A DNA stretch of 64,000 nt from Candidatus Pacebacteria bacterium RIFOXYA1_FULL_38_18 (GCA_001787405.1 MFWV01000007.1:15694-79693), one strand, 5' to 3'; counted from the stretch's first letter, positions 48,762 through 58,957 are shown. Made by a program: numbers and translations. Notes: generated from the sequence alone by a model not told the origin.

Positions 48762-51482
48762 GTGAGTATGGAAATCAATTTTACAAAGATGTTTGAAAGT
48801 TTACGACGGGGGTGGTACGGACTGACCCGTAAAGTTCGGATTTTGATGATTCGTCTGTCTCGTGGTCGCACTCGTCGTTTTGCTCACTTCTCCCCTGCCC
48901 AACAAGAATTGGCCAAAGTACAACGCATGCGTCTGCTTGCTCGTGGAGCAGTGATGGCGGTTATTGCGGGGATTGTTGGATTTTTTGTAATGTTTGCTTG
49001 GTATTCTCGCGATTTGCCAAAGCCTGGTGAAGTGATCCGTCGTGAAGGATTTAGTACCAAACTTTATGATCGCAAAGGAGTATTACTCTATGATCTTTAT
49101 GACACTGAGAGACGCACGCCAATAACTCTAAACGATACTCCCGCTTATTTGGAACAAGCTACGGTAGCTATCGAAGACAGGGATTTTTATCGTCACAGTG
49201 GTTTTGATTTATTGACCGCTCTGCGGATTCCTTACAACATTCTTTTTCGCGGTCGAGTAGTTGGTGGCTCAACCTTGACTCAACAATTAGTAAAAAATGC
49301 TTTATTAACAAATGAGCGGACCATCTCTAGGAAATTCAAAGAATTGGTACTTTCTATCCAAATTGAACGCACTTTTACCAAGGATCAAATCTTGGAAATG
49401 TATTTGAATGAAGCACCTTACGGTGGAACTTCTTGGGGAGTTGGTACGGCTTCAGAAATTTATTTCAATAAACCAGTTGCTGAATTAAATTTGATGGAAT
49501 CGGCTTTTTTGGCAGGACTTCCTCAACGCCCCAGTGTTTACTCACCGTTTTCAGGTAAAAAAGACAAAGACGGTAATCCTTATTGGAAGATTCGTACCGA
49601 AAGTGTGTTGCGCGCCATGGAAAAATCCGGTGATATTACCAAGTTACAAATGGAAGAAGCAATTTCCTCTTTAGATAATTTGGAATTCAATACGACTGCT
49701 GCCAATATTAAAGCCCCACATTTTGTTTTTTATGTTAGAGATCAGCTGGAAGAAATGTTTGGTTTGGAATTGGTAGAGGCTGGTGGTCTGAAAGTAACTA
49801 CTACTTTGGATTTACCACTTCATGAACGGGCTCAAAGTATTGTTGCCGAAGAAATCGAGGCAGTGGAAAGTTTGAATATCACCAATGGATCAGCCGTGAC
49901 AATGGATCCTAGAACTGGTGAGATATTAAGCATGGTGGGAAGCAAAGATTATTTTAATGATGACATAGATGGCCAATTCAATGTGGCTGCGGATGGTTTG
50001 CGCCAACCCGGATCTTCGATCAAACCAGTTACTTATTTAGGTATGTTACGTCGTGGTTATTCTCCCTCCTCCATGCTGATGGATGTAGAAACTACTTTTC
50101 AGGCCAATGACAAGATCGATCCTTACGTTCCCAAAAACTATGATGGGGTTTTCCGAGGTCCAGTAAACTTGCGCAGTGCCTTAGGCAGTTCACTAAATAT
50201 TCCAGCCGTCAAATCAGTAGCTATTGTAGGCATTGAAGATTTTCTGCAACTGGCTTTTGATTTGGGTTTCAAAACTTTGGAGCCGACTAAAGAAAATTTA
50301 CAGCGTTTTGGTTTTTCAATCACTTTGGGTGGTGGCGAGGTTCATTTACTGGATACCGTAACTGCTTACAGTGCTTTTGCCAATAAAGGTTTTAAAGTTG
50401 AGCCGGTTTCTATTTTGAAAGTAGAAGACAAGGACGGTCGAGTTTTGTTTGAACACAAACAAGTGCCCGGCAAACAAGTCATCAGTGAGGGTGAGGCTTT
50501 TATTATTAATGATATTCTGTCTGATAATAATGCTCGCTTGTTGGCTTTTGGTGCCAACTCGCTTCTCAATACCGGTCGACCAATTGCAGTCAAAACTGGT
50601 ACTACCAACGAACAAAAAGACAACTGGACGATTGGTTGGAGCCAAGAAGTAATGGTGGGTGTTTGGGTGGGTAACAATGATAATAGCTCGATGCGTCAGG
50701 TAGCTTCTGGTATTACTGGTGCCTCACCTATTTGGCGACGAATTATTTTGACGGCTTTAGAAATGGGCTATCAAGCTCCGGCTTGGGAAGTTCCTGCTGG
50801 AGTGATTCGGCAAGAAGTAGATAGTATTTCTGGTTATCCAGCGCACGATGGTTTTTCCACTAGAACAGATTATTTTTTACAAGGCACTGCGCCCACCACT
50901 CCTGATCCTATTCATGCCAAACTAAAGGTTTGTCGAGATGATGAAAATAAATTGGCTACGGAAGCCAAAATTAGTGCTGGAGATTACAACGAAAAAGAAT
51001 TTGTTGTACTCAAAGAAAATGATCCAGTTAGCGAAGATGGTCGCAATCGCTGGCAAGAAGCCATCAATACTTGGATCAATGGCCAGTCGGATTCTCGTTA
51101 TAAAGTGCCTACAGAATACTGTGGAGATGCACAAGAAATCTCGGTTCGTATTTCCAGACCAGAGAACGAAAAATCATACAATGAACAAGACATCGAAGTT
51201 CATATTGATGCTGGAAGCAATCAGGGTATTGAAAAAATCGAGATTTGGGTAGATGGAACATTACGGGAAACAGTAAATGATCGCAGTTATAGAGGTTGGA
51301 TCAATTTTCCAACAGGCAAACATGAGCTTTATGCGATTGCTTTTTCCAGAGATAATAAACAAGCCAAAAGCAACACGGTCAAGATAGGTTCTGGTGGTGC
51401 TGATTGGAAAGATCCTGAACCCACTCCCACCCCCACTCCTACTCCTACTCCTACCCCCACTCCTGCTCTACCCACTCCCTAG
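48762..51482 (+). CDS. class A penicillin-binding protein (bifunctional glycosyltransferase/transpeptidase) with a C-terminal extension and Pro-Thr tail
   Basis: N-terminal TM helix. GT51 motif EDRDFYRHSGFD. Transpeptidase motifs SSIKP, SLN and KTGT. The C-terminal roughly 200 aa ends in (PT)n. Confidence 0.85.
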   Translation: MSMEINFTKMFESLRRGWYGLTRKVRILMIRLSRGRTRRFAHFSPAQQELAKVQRMRLLARGAVMAVIAGIVGFFVMFAWYSRDLPKPGEVIRREGFSTKLYDRKGVLLYDLYDTERRTPITLNDTPAYLEQATVAIEDRDFYRHSGFDLLTALRIPYNILFRGRVVGGSTLTQQLVKNALLTNERTISRKFKELVLSIQIERTFTKDQILEMYLNEAPYGGTSWGVGTASEIYFNKPVAELNLMESAFLAGLPQRPSVYSPFSGKKDKDGNPYWKIRTESVLRAMEKSGDITKLQMEEAISSLDNLEFNTTAANIKAPHFVFYVRDQLEEMFGLELVEAGGLKVTTTLDLPLHERAQSIVAEEIEAVESLNITNGSAVTMDPRTGEILSMVGSKDYFNDDIDGQFNVAADGLRQPGSSIKPVTYLGMLRRGYSPSSMLMDVETTFQANDKIDPYVPKNYDGVFRGPVNLRSALGSSLNIPAVKSVAIVGIEDFLQLAFDLGFKTLEPTKENLQRFGFSITLGGGEVHLLDTVTAYSAFANKGFKVEPVSILKVEDKDGRVLFEHKQVPGKQVISEGEAFIINDILSDNNARLLAFGANSLLNTGRPIAVKTGTTNEQKDNWTIGWSQEVMVGVWVGNNDNSSMRQVASGITGASPIWRRIILTALEMGYQAPAWEVPAGVIRQEVDSISGYPAHDGFSTRTDYFLQGTAPTTPDPIHAKLKVCRDDENKLATEAKISAGDYNEKEFVVLKENDPVSEDGRNRWQEAINTWINGQSDSRYKVPTEYCGDAQEISVRISRPENEKSYNEQDIEVHIDAGSNQGIEKIEIWVDGTLRETVNDRSYRGWINFPTGKHELYAIAFSRDNKQAKSNTVKIGSGGADWKDPEPTPTPTPTPTPTPTPALPTP

Positions 51483-51517
51483 TGGGAATCAATTACCAAT
51501 TTTTTGGTTAGTTCTGG

Positions 51518-52735
51518 CTATTTTGAAGTTTCATTGCTGGAAAGAATTAAGACTAATAAAACTCCTCCTATCCACTGTGTGACTAAATAGTGGTCCAAGC
51601 TGAGGATGACTGCCAACAACAGCCACCAAGCAGGATCAATCTTGAGTGTTTGTTTTTTAATCAATAAATAAATGATGAGTAAACCTAACAAACCAGTTTC
51701 CGCAATAAATAGTAAAGGTGCGTTATGAGTAGGTTGAATAAATCTAATCAGTTCATTGGCATTAAAAACTGGTGTTTTGAGAGTGGTGGTAAACATTCCC
51801 ACCCCCACACCGGTGAGTGGTTGTTGAGTGATGACAGCGATGGTCTGGCTATTGAGAAAGTTTCTTCTAAACAAAGACTCGGTTTGCAGTTGGGCTGGAA
51901 CGAGAAAAATCAAAAGAGGAATTAGGATCAATAAATTACTGGCCAAATAATAACCAATCTTTTTCAATTTGGGAAAACTTTGTAAACCTAGAAATAAACT
52001 AAAGCCAATGATGGCAGTAAATGATTGAGTGAGAAATAATGCCCAACTGCTCAAAGCAATTATTATCAATTCCCACCAACCAAACTGTTTTTTGAATTTG
52101 GCTTGCAACTGCAACCAGATCAAACTAAAAATAGCGATTACACCGGCCAAAATATTGGGGTGAGCAGTAGTCCCGTAAGGCAAAATCATTTCTCCAGATT
52201 TGAAATTTACTCTAGCAATATTGATTGCACCAGTTAGTTGTGTCTCTCCTAGCACTATATAGTCAAATAAAGATTTTTGGCGAAAGAACTGTAATGAAGC
52301 CACTGCAATTTGCAAACTCAAAGCCAGTAAAATTACGTGACGAAACAAAGGACGATTGATGATTGATTGATTGGCACGCAACAACCAAACAAATAAGCCC
52401 AGTTCGACAACTTTGGCTAAATATAAAAAAGAAACAGTTGGTAATGGAGTAAAAAACTGTCTAACAATTAATAAACTGAAAAAAAACAATAAAAATTTAT
52501 TTTTTTTCAAAAAATCAATAATTTTTGTTTTTTCTTGAATAATTTTTTTTGGCAACCATAAAAATAAAGCTAGTAAAAGCGGTATTTCACTGAGCCAAAA
52601 CTTTTGCACTAAGTAGTCAGTAAAAATTCCTCCCACATAAGCATTTAATTCTCCCCATTTTAAAAATAAATTTAAAGGAGCTAAAAAAATTGCTGCATAA
52701 ATTAGCAGTGATAAAACATTGGGTATGCGTTTCAT
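51518..52735 (-). CDS. polytopic membrane protein, O-antigen ligase/Wzy-like
   Basis: About 10-12 TM helices with a large loop. The topology resembles O-antigen ligase/polymerase family proteins. No specific motif was confirmed. Confidence 0.35.
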   Translation of the reverse strand: MKRIPNVLSLLIYAAIFLAPLNLFLKWGELNAYVGGIFTDYLVQKFWLSEIPLLLALFLWLPKKIIQEKTKIIDFLKKNKFLLFFFSLLIVRQFFTPLPTVSFLYLAKVVELGLFVWLLRANQSIINRPLFRHVILLALSLQIAVASLQFFRQKSLFDYIVLGETQLTGAINIARVNFKSGEMILPYGTTAHPNILAGVIAIFSLIWLQLQAKFKKQFGWWELIIIALSSWALFLTQSFTAIIGFSLFLGLQSFPKLKKIGYYLASNLLILIPLLIFLVPAQLQTESLFRRNFLNSQTIAVITQQPLTGVGVGMFTTTLKTPVFNANELIRFIQPTHNAPLLFIAETGLLGLLIIYLLIKKQTLKIDPAWWLLLAVILSLDHYLVTQWIGGVLLVLILSSNETSK

Positions 52736-52742
52736 TTAAAAA

Positions 52743-54731
52743 TTATTCTAACTTACCGACCAATTTTGCTTGATAGGTTTTTTCTATTACTTTAACAATA
52801 CGTTTGCGAAGAGGACGAACATTTTCATTGGTAAGATTTTTTTGAGGATCCCAATATTCTATAGTTAAGGTGTAATTTTGTTGATAAACTCCTTTTAACA
52901 AAACAGTTTTGATTTTGGGACTAAGCTCACTAATATCTGTGATAATAGGACCAATAAAAGTTTTTGTGGGCAAAGTAAAGGTGAGCTGTTCAATGACGCT
53001 GGCAGTTTTTGGCAGTGGTTGATAGTGAGGATGAGTTTTCATTAAAGGCAATAGTTGAGTAAAAATAATTTCTATAATAGTTATTTTGTCGATAACTTTT
53101 AATTGTCCAATTCTAATATCATCGACTTTAATGAAACCAGCGTCTTCATTTAAATTTGGTTTGACCGTGACATTGGAAATATGAAATTTTTTCAATAAAC
53201 TGATTAAATCTCCCTTCACTTTGGGAAAAGATTTGTTAGATGCCAAACTCAAATGCAAAACTTCTTTTGGCAAACCATGATTTTGCGGATGATAAACATG
53301 AGCCAGTTCAAAAACAGAAAGCTCGGGTAGATGAGAATTAGTTTCTATTACTTGTAACAATGATGGAATCAATGATCGTCGCAAATAAGTTTTATCATCT
53401 GTCAGAGGATTGATTAATTTAGCGTGGCTGGCGACCGACCAGTTACTCTTTTTTGCTAGTTCTTCGCTAATCAAAGAATAGGTATAAACTTCTTGCCAGC
53501 CAATATTGCTCAAATAATGTTTGGCAATGTTTTCTGCTTGAAAGTTAGTGTCCGTCTGCTGGCTCAAAGGAATACTGGTTGCCATCAGTTTGCTTGGTAG
53601 TTGGTGATAGCCGTAAATGCGAGCAATTTCTTCAATAATATCTACAGGAATATTTAGATCTCTGCGAAAAGTTGGCGGTATTATTCTCAGTGTTTCTCTA
53701 GTAATTTTTACCTGACATTCCAAAGCTGACAAAATATCAATGATTTTTTTCGTTGGTAATACCAATCCCAAATAAGCGTGAATTTTATGTAAATCAAGAG
53801 TGATTGTAGGAGGTATTTTTTGATTGGGAAAAGCATCATAAACTTCACTAGCAATTTGGGCATTGCACAACTCTTGATAAAGCTGAACAGCTTTGACCAT
53901 GGTTGGTTCTGCCAAATGAGGATCAATCCCCTTCTCCGCCAGTTGGGCAGCGACGGTGCGAATGGCGTGAGTCATGGAAGCAAATCGAATCTTGGTGGGA
54001 TCAATGGACTCAATCCACAATAAAATATTTTTTGTGTTAGCGCTGACTGCACTGTTGCTAGTACCCTTGATGGCTGGCAAATCAATGATTTTTCCAGCTG
54101 GATTTTTATAAACCACTTCTCCACCAGTAGCAACATAATTTTCTCCATCGAGTGTAGTAAATTTCTCTCCTTTTTTGGCTAGAGTAATAATGATTTCTCC
54201 GCCCAGTTGCATGATGCGATCATAGTCAAAAGCATGAATGGGATGACCTTGTTCATGAGTGACGTAGTTGGTGATATCAATGGCAGCATCGTGAACATTG
54301 GCCTCAATTAACTGCAATCTATCAGCCATCCATTTGGGAGTTGGCTGGCGTTGAACATTTTGTAAAATAACACCGCTCATTCTGGAACAGAGTTTGGTTT
54401 TATCAGTAATTTTGGGTAAGGGTAATAATTGTTTGCTGGTTGGTTTAATTTGGGCAAAGCTTAGAGAATTTTTGACCAATTTTGCAGGTATATCAAATTG
54501 TTTCAAAATTACGGCTGCTTCGCGAGCAACACCTCGCACGCTCATACTATCCACGCGGTTGGTAGTTATTTCTATATCATAGACTCGTTCGCGACCATGC
54601 TCATAAACTCTTTCTATTGAAGGACCGGAAAGTGAGAGATATTCTTGAATTTTTTCAGGAACAGCTTCGGTTTTTAACTGCTCCAATAGCCAGTGGTGAG
54701 GAATTAAAATATTCATATTAAAATTGTTCAA
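52743..54731 (-). CDS. pheT: phenylalanyl-tRNA synthetase beta subunit
   Basis: B3/B4 and B5 domains and a C-terminal catalytic-like domain. It overlaps pheS by 14 bp in the canonical pheS-pheT order. Confidence 0.8.
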   Translation of the reverse strand: MNNFNMNILIPHHWLLEQLKTEAVPEKIQEYLSLSGPSIERVYEHGRERVYDIEITTNRVDSMSVRGVAREAAVILKQFDIPAKLVKNSLSFAQIKPTSKQLLPLPKITDKTKLCSRMSGVILQNVQRQPTPKWMADRLQLIEANVHDAAIDITNYVTHEQGHPIHAFDYDRIMQLGGEIIITLAKKGEKFTTLDGENYVATGGEVVYKNPAGKIIDLPAIKGTSNSAVSANTKNILLWIESIDPTKIRFASMTHAIRTVAAQLAEKGIDPHLAEPTMVKAVQLYQELCNAQIASEVYDAFPNQKIPPTITLDLHKIHAYLGLVLPTKKIIDILSALECQVKITRETLRIIPPTFRRDLNIPVDIIEEIARIYGYHQLPSKLMATSIPLSQQTDTNFQAENIAKHYLSNIGWQEVYTYSLISEELAKKSNWSVASHAKLINPLTDDKTYLRRSLIPSLLQVIETNSHLPELSVFELAHVYHPQNHGLPKEVLHLSLASNKSFPKVKGDLISLLKKFHISNVTVKPNLNEDAGFIKVDDIRIGQLKVIDKITIIEIIFTQLLPLMKTHPHYQPLPKTASVIEQLTFTLPTKTFIGPIITDISELSPKIKTVLLKGVYQQNYTLTIEYWDPQKNLTNENVRPLRKRIVKVIEKTYQAKLVGKLE

Positions 54732-55770
54732 AAAATCTCATCTCTTCAGAATAAAGTAAACGGATATCATCAATGTTCAGACCTTCTTTAAGAGTGTAGG
54801 TACGCTCTACTCCCCAACCGAAGGCAAAACCAGTGTATTTATTGGGATCAATGCCCCCAGCTTTTAATACATTGGGATGAACCATCCCTGCTCCGCCCAC
54901 TTCATGCCAACCTGATTTGCAAAAACTACACTTCTCTCCTCCAATCAGACCAGTGCCATGACAAAGATGACAACTAAAATCAACTTCAAATGAAGGTTCG
55001 GTAAATTGAAAATGAAAGGGTCTAATTCTACTTTTAGTGCCAGGTCCATAGAATTCTTTGGCGAAATAATCCAGCGTGCCTTTGAGATGTTGAATATTGA
55101 TGCCTTGGTCTACCACCAATCCTTCGAATTGATGAAACATTTGAGTATGAGTGACATCTTGTTGGCGACGATAGCAACGAGCGATATTAATCATTCTGAT
55201 GGGTGGTTTGCCTTTTAATCTCTCCATTTCCCTCACTTGTCCATTGGAAGTATGTGGTGTGAGCACGATCTTGCCCATTTTTTTGTCAGCAGGCAAATCA
55301 ACAAAAAAAGTTTCCCATTCATCGCGAGCTGGATGGTCAGGGGGCATATTTAATGACCCAAAAGCATAATAGTCCCAATCTACCTCTGGATATCTAGCTC
55401 TAGTGAAACCAATTTTTTTAAAAATCTCGGAAATTTCTTCGATGGCTTGAGAAACTGGATGCAAATGACCCTGAGGAGGTAGTGTCCCAGGAAAAGTGAG
55501 ATCTACCCAGTCTTCCGCTTTATGTAGCTGAAGGTTACCCAGTTTGGTTTGTAAGGAGTTTTTTAAGGCATTGAGTAGCTTTCCAGCCTGTTTGCGATCC
55601 TTTGGAGAGATGTCTTTAATTTGTTTGGAAAGTTCATTGAATAGACCTCTTTTGCCTAGATACTTAGTATTTAGTTTTTGCGGATCCAATTCTGTTTCGT
55701 GATCTAGTTGTTGTTCTAAAGTCTGAATTGCTTGCTCCAAACTAGTTAGCGAAATTTCCATATATACCAT
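54718..55770 (-). CDS. pheS: phenylalanyl-tRNA synthetase alpha subunit
   Basis: Class II motifs including ...FAFGWGVERTYTLKEG... and RPFHFQFTEPSFEVD; 350 aa. Confidence 0.9.
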   Translation of the reverse strand: MVYMEISLTSLEQAIQTLEQQLDHETELDPQKLNTKYLGKRGLFNELSKQIKDISPKDRKQAGKLLNALKNSLQTKLGNLQLHKAEDWVDLTFPGTLPPQGHLHPVSQAIEEISEIFKKIGFTRARYPEVDWDYYAFGSLNMPPDHPARDEWETFFVDLPADKKMGKIVLTPHTSNGQVREMERLKGKPPIRMINIARCYRRQQDVTHTQMFHQFEGLVVDQGINIQHLKGTLDYFAKEFYGPGTKSRIRPFHFQFTEPSFEVDFSCHLCHGTGLIGGEKCSFCKSGWHEVGGAGMVHPNVLKAGGIDPNKYTGFAFGWGVERTYTLKEGLNIDDIRLLYSEEMRFFEQF

Positions 55771-55826
55771 TCTAACAGCAGACCTAAAAAATTATTATGC
55801 AATAGGTCTAATTAATTTTTGATTTT

Positions 55827-55860
55827 AAAAAACCCCCTTGCGGGGGTTTTGCTTTTTTTT
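55827..55860 (-). terminator. intrinsic terminator between rplT and pheS, with U-runs on both strands
   Basis: CCCCC-ttgc-GGGGG hairpin flanked by AAAAAA (plus 55827..55832) and TTTTGCTTTTTTTT (plus 55847..55860). Confidence 0.75.
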
Positions 55861-55869
55861 GATTTTTAC

Positions 55870-56232
55870 TTATTTGCCAGCACCCCGAGCTTTATCAATG
55901 ATGCTTTTAAATGTTTTTTCATCACGAATTGCAATCTCGGAAAGCATTTTGCGATTCAAAGAAATATTAGCTTTTTTGAGAGCATTAATAAATCTAGAAT
56001 AATTAAAAGTACTTTCCAGTTTGGTCAAAGCGGCGTTTACTCTCATAATCCACAACTTACGTATGTCACGTTTTCTTAATTTACGACCAATAAAAGCATA
56101 TTGACCGGCGTGCAGTGATGCTTCTTTGGCGCGTTTATATAAACGACTGTTTGTTCCTCGATAACCTTTATTAAGTTTGAGAATTTTTTTATGACGTCTG
56201 CGTCTGACAACTCCTGTTTTGGTTCGTGACAT
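55870..56232 (-). CDS. rplT: 50S ribosomal protein L20
   Basis: MSRTKTGVVRRRRHKKILKLNKGYRG... Confidence 0.9.
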   Translation of the reverse strand: MSRTKTGVVRRRRHKKILKLNKGYRGTNSRLYKRAKEASLHAGQYAFIGRKLRKRDIRKLWIMRVNAALTKLESTFNYSRFINALKKANISLNRKMLSEIAIRDEKTFKSIIDKARGAGK

Positions 56233-56251
56233 ATTTTACTTTCTTGTAAAT

Positions 56252-56455
56252 TTAAGCGATGCCCAGCATGCGCTTGGCCTTTGTTGCCCATTTGCCTTTT
56301 ACCTCAACTAAAATGCGGTAATTGCGCTTGGCCTTTTTACTTTTATTACGTTGTAAATGTCGTTGATTTTGCACACGACGCATTACCTTACCGCTTCCGG
56401 TAATCTTGAAGCGTCGGTTGGCACCTTTTCTGGTTTTTTGTTTAATTTTTTTCAT
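56252..56455 (-). CDS. rpmI: 50S ribosomal protein L35
   Basis: MKKIKQKTRKGANRRFKITGSGKVMRR... Confidence 0.9.
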   Translation of the reverse strand: MKKIKQKTRKGANRRFKITGSGKVMRRVQNQRHLQRNKSKKAKRNYRILVEVKGKWATKAKRMLGIA

Positions 56456-57003
56456 TTTTTCTTGCTTGTGGGTGAAAGTTGAGCCATCAGCTTTCTACCC
56501 ATCATTTTTGGTTTGATTTCTATCACAGCAATATCTGCTGTTCGTTCAAAGATTTTATCAAATAACTCAAATCCAAATTCTTTTTTAGTAATAGCTCTTC
56601 CTTTGAAAAGAAGATCTAGGCGAACCTTATCCCCTCTTTTTAAGAATGTAATTACTTTTTTCAAGCGAGCCTCGAAATCTCCCTCAGCCATAAAGGGGCT
56701 AAAGCGGATTTCTTTGAGCTCTTGTGTCTTGGCGTGTTTTCGATCTTCGGCTTGTTTTTGCTGAAGTTGATATTTATGCTTCGACAACTCAATAATTTTA
56801 ACGACCGGCGGTTGTGCCTGTTCAGTGATTAAAACCAAGTCTTTACCGGCTTCCCTAGCCTTTTCCATGGCCTCAGCCGTAGTCATTATCCCCAAGGCCT
56901 CTCCCCTTTCCGCCAGGACTCTTACCTGAGGAAAGCGAATATGATGATTGGCCTTTATAAAGTCTTTTATTCTTCTGCCGCGTATATTTCTGTTTTGAAT
57001 CAC
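56452..57003 (-). CDS. infC: translation initiation factor IF-3, with a GTG start
   Basis: IRFPQVRVLAERGEALGIMTTAEAMEKAREAGKDLV... in the canonical infC-rpmI-rplT order. Confidence 0.9.
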   Translation of the reverse strand: MIQNRNIRGRRIKDFIKANHHIRFPQVRVLAERGEALGIMTTAEAMEKAREAGKDLVLITEQAQPPVVKIIELSKHKYQLQQKQAEDRKHAKTQELKEIRFSPFMAEGDFEARLKKVITFLKRGDKVRLDLLFKGRAITKKEFGFELFDKIFERTADIAVIEIKPKMMGRKLMAQLSPTSKKK

Positions 57004-57102
57004 TATGTTTATTATATGTTTCTATTAATTACTGGGCAAGACTCTCAACTAAGGTTCTTGACCCGAGAACAACAAGGGGCAATTATATCATCTCCTCGAT
57101 AA

Positions 57103-57131
57103 TTGTGAAATCCAGATTAGTTGGGTATAAT
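57103..57131 (+). promoter_or_regulatory. sigma70 promoter TTGTGA, 17-bp spacer, TATAAT, for tRNA-Val
   Basis: Read directly. The -10 hexamer ends 11 nt before the tRNA 5' end. A divergent TGaTATAAT extended -10 on the minus strand could serve infC. Confidence 0.5.
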
Positions 57132-57142
57132 CCCTAACGTGC

Positions 57143-57216
57143 GAGCTCGTAGCTCAGTTGGTTAGAGCGCTTCGTTGACATCGAAGAGGTCAGAGGTTCG
57201 AGTCCCCTCGAGCTCA
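57143..57216 (+). tRNA. tRNA-Val (anticodon GAC), no encoded CCA
   Basis: Cloverleaf folded by hand. Acceptor stem GAGCUCG/CGAGCUC. D-arm GCTC-AGTTGGTTA-GAGC. Anticodon stem CUUCG/CGAAG with loop UUGACAU. Variable loop AGGTC. T-loop TTCGAGT. Discriminator A. There is one A:C mismatch in the T-stem. Confidence 0.75.
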
Positions 57217-57242
57217 CATAAATTTTCTCTGGAAAGCTTTAA

Positions 57243-57830
57243 TTAAGCGCCAGTGCTACCCAAGGCACGTTCGTGATGGAATGTGTCCTGAATTTCTTTA
57301 GTTTTTGCACCTGGGCCTTTTTTGCGTTGTTTAATTTTAAAAACCTGAGACCAATTTCCGGTATAGGCTTCAATAAATTGTTTGGCTTTTTCCAGCAGAC
57401 CATTGGCGCTGGATCCTCTTTGACCAGTTGCTACGACTGGAGCTTCAAGCACTTTTGGTTGTGCTTCTGGAACAATTTGTCTTTGAGTAGCTAGCTGACG
57501 CAATTCTTGTACCAATGCTTCTTCTTTTCTTCGATCTTCTTCTTTTTGGGCTGCAAAAATCTCGGTTTGATCCGCAGGATTCACACGATCATGTTGCTCT
57601 TGGCTCAAAAGTTGTTTTTTCAACTCTTCTTCACGCATTTCGGCAAATTTCTTTTCCCAGTTTGGATCCATATCTTGAGGATTTTGATCTGTTAGATCAG
57701 CTACACCATTAGAGGATTCTTTGACGAGGGATTCTGCTTCTTCATCAGGCACAACACCAATAGCCTCACTTTTGGAAGCAGTTTGCATTGCTGTTGCAAA
57801 TGGATTTAATTTAGGTGTTTGTCCTGCCAT
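57243..57830 (-). CDS. hypothetical highly charged protein, probably disordered
   Basis: A 195-aa Glu/Lys/Gln-rich sequence with no recognisable domain. Confidence 0.35.
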   Translation of the reverse strand: MAGQTPKLNPFATAMQTASKSEAIGVVPDEEAESLVKESSNGVADLTDQNPQDMDPNWEKKFAEMREEELKKQLLSQEQHDRVNPADQTEIFAAQKEEDRRKEEALVQELRQLATQRQIVPEAQPKVLEAPVVATGQRGSSANGLLEKAKQFIEAYTGNWSQVFKIKQRKKGPGAKTKEIQDTFHHERALGSTGA

Positions 57831-57913
57831 ACTCGGTATTATAGGTTCTTAGCCTGGTAGCTGTCAAGTTGGGCAGATAAAATAATTAAAAATCTTCGAA
57901 TGACCAGAGATTA

Positions 57914-58957
57914 CTACATTTTTAGTAAATAGTCCACTACTTTTTGTTTAATCAGATTGGTGTTGAGATGTCCCAAATAATGGGGATCTTTACTCAATTG
58001 CTCTGCCTGTTTTTCGTCTTTGATTTGTTTGAAGTATTCAGCTCGATCTTGATCGGTAACGGTTAGTTGCTTTTCTCTAGCAATTGCACCCAGGACAAGA
58101 TCAAGTTGAAGACGATTAAGAGTGGAAATAGCTAATTCTTGAGAAAGTTTATCCATGTCCATGTTTCTGCGTTTGAGATAATCGTCAATGGAGATACCCA
58201 GTTGTTTAAGCTGACCGATTAGATGCTCAAATTCATGTTGAGTTTCATGTTTGAGCAGCATTTCCGGCACTTGAGGTTTGAGTTGCAGAACCAATTCACG
58301 GAAAATATGTTGAAGCTTGATTTCTTTTACTTGTTGATCAGTGGGGGCTGACTGAGGACTGGTCGTGGTCTTGGTTTTATTTTCTGAGTCAGGTTTTATA
58401 AGCTTGGCTGACTTGTCTGTTTTAATAGCTTTTTTTTGTTCAGCTAGAGTTTTTTCTCCTGCTTTGAGACCTGCTTTGACGTGTTTTTGATAATCTTTCA
58501 AATTAACGGTGGGTAATTGAGCAAATTGTACTTCTACTACCCAATCTTTACCCATCTCAACCGAAACGATCGAGAATTCTGGTTGAGTAATGGGAGTTTT
58601 TTTATTTTCTTGAAGAGCTTTTTGATAAGCCTCTGGCAAGAGAGTATCCAACACATGTTCAATGATTTTTGCTTGACCTAGTTTTTCTTCAGCAATTTTA
58701 TTGGGAACTTTGCCTTTACGAAAACCAGATGTGGCAACACTTTTAGATAGTTGTTTCAAGATTTGTTCATATTTTTGAGCAACTTGAGCTTTAGCCAGAG
58801 TGATAGTTAGTTTGACGTTGGGGATAATCAGTGAGGTACCAGTTGATTTTTCAGTCGGTTTTGCTGATTTTTCAGTCGGTTTTGCTGATTTAGCAGTTGT
58901 TTTTTTGGCTATTTTGCCGGAGTTATTCTTTTGAGTCATGCGGGAATTATACCTCAT
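57914..58957 (-). CDS. tig: trigger factor-like ribosome-associated chaperone, short form
   Basis: Trigger-factor N-domain signature GFRKGKVP. There is a Lys-rich N-terminal extension with a duplicated SAKPTEK heptad. No obvious FKBP/PPIase motif is seen. Confidence 0.6.
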   Translation of the reverse strand: MRYNSRMTQKNNSGKIAKKTTAKSAKPTEKSAKPTEKSTGTSLIIPNVKLTITLAKAQVAQKYEQILKQLSKSVATSGFRKGKVPNKIAEEKLGQAKIIEHVLDTLLPEAYQKALQENKKTPITQPEFSIVSVEMGKDWVVEVQFAQLPTVNLKDYQKHVKAGLKAGEKTLAEQKKAIKTDKSAKLIKPDSENKTKTTTSPQSAPTDQQVKEIKLQHIFRELVLQLKPQVPEMLLKHETQHEFEHLIGQLKQLGISIDDYLKRRNMDMDKLSQELAISTLNRLQLDLVLGAIAREKQLTVTDQDRAEYFKQIKDEKQAEQLSKDPHYLGHLNTNLIKQKVVDYLLKM

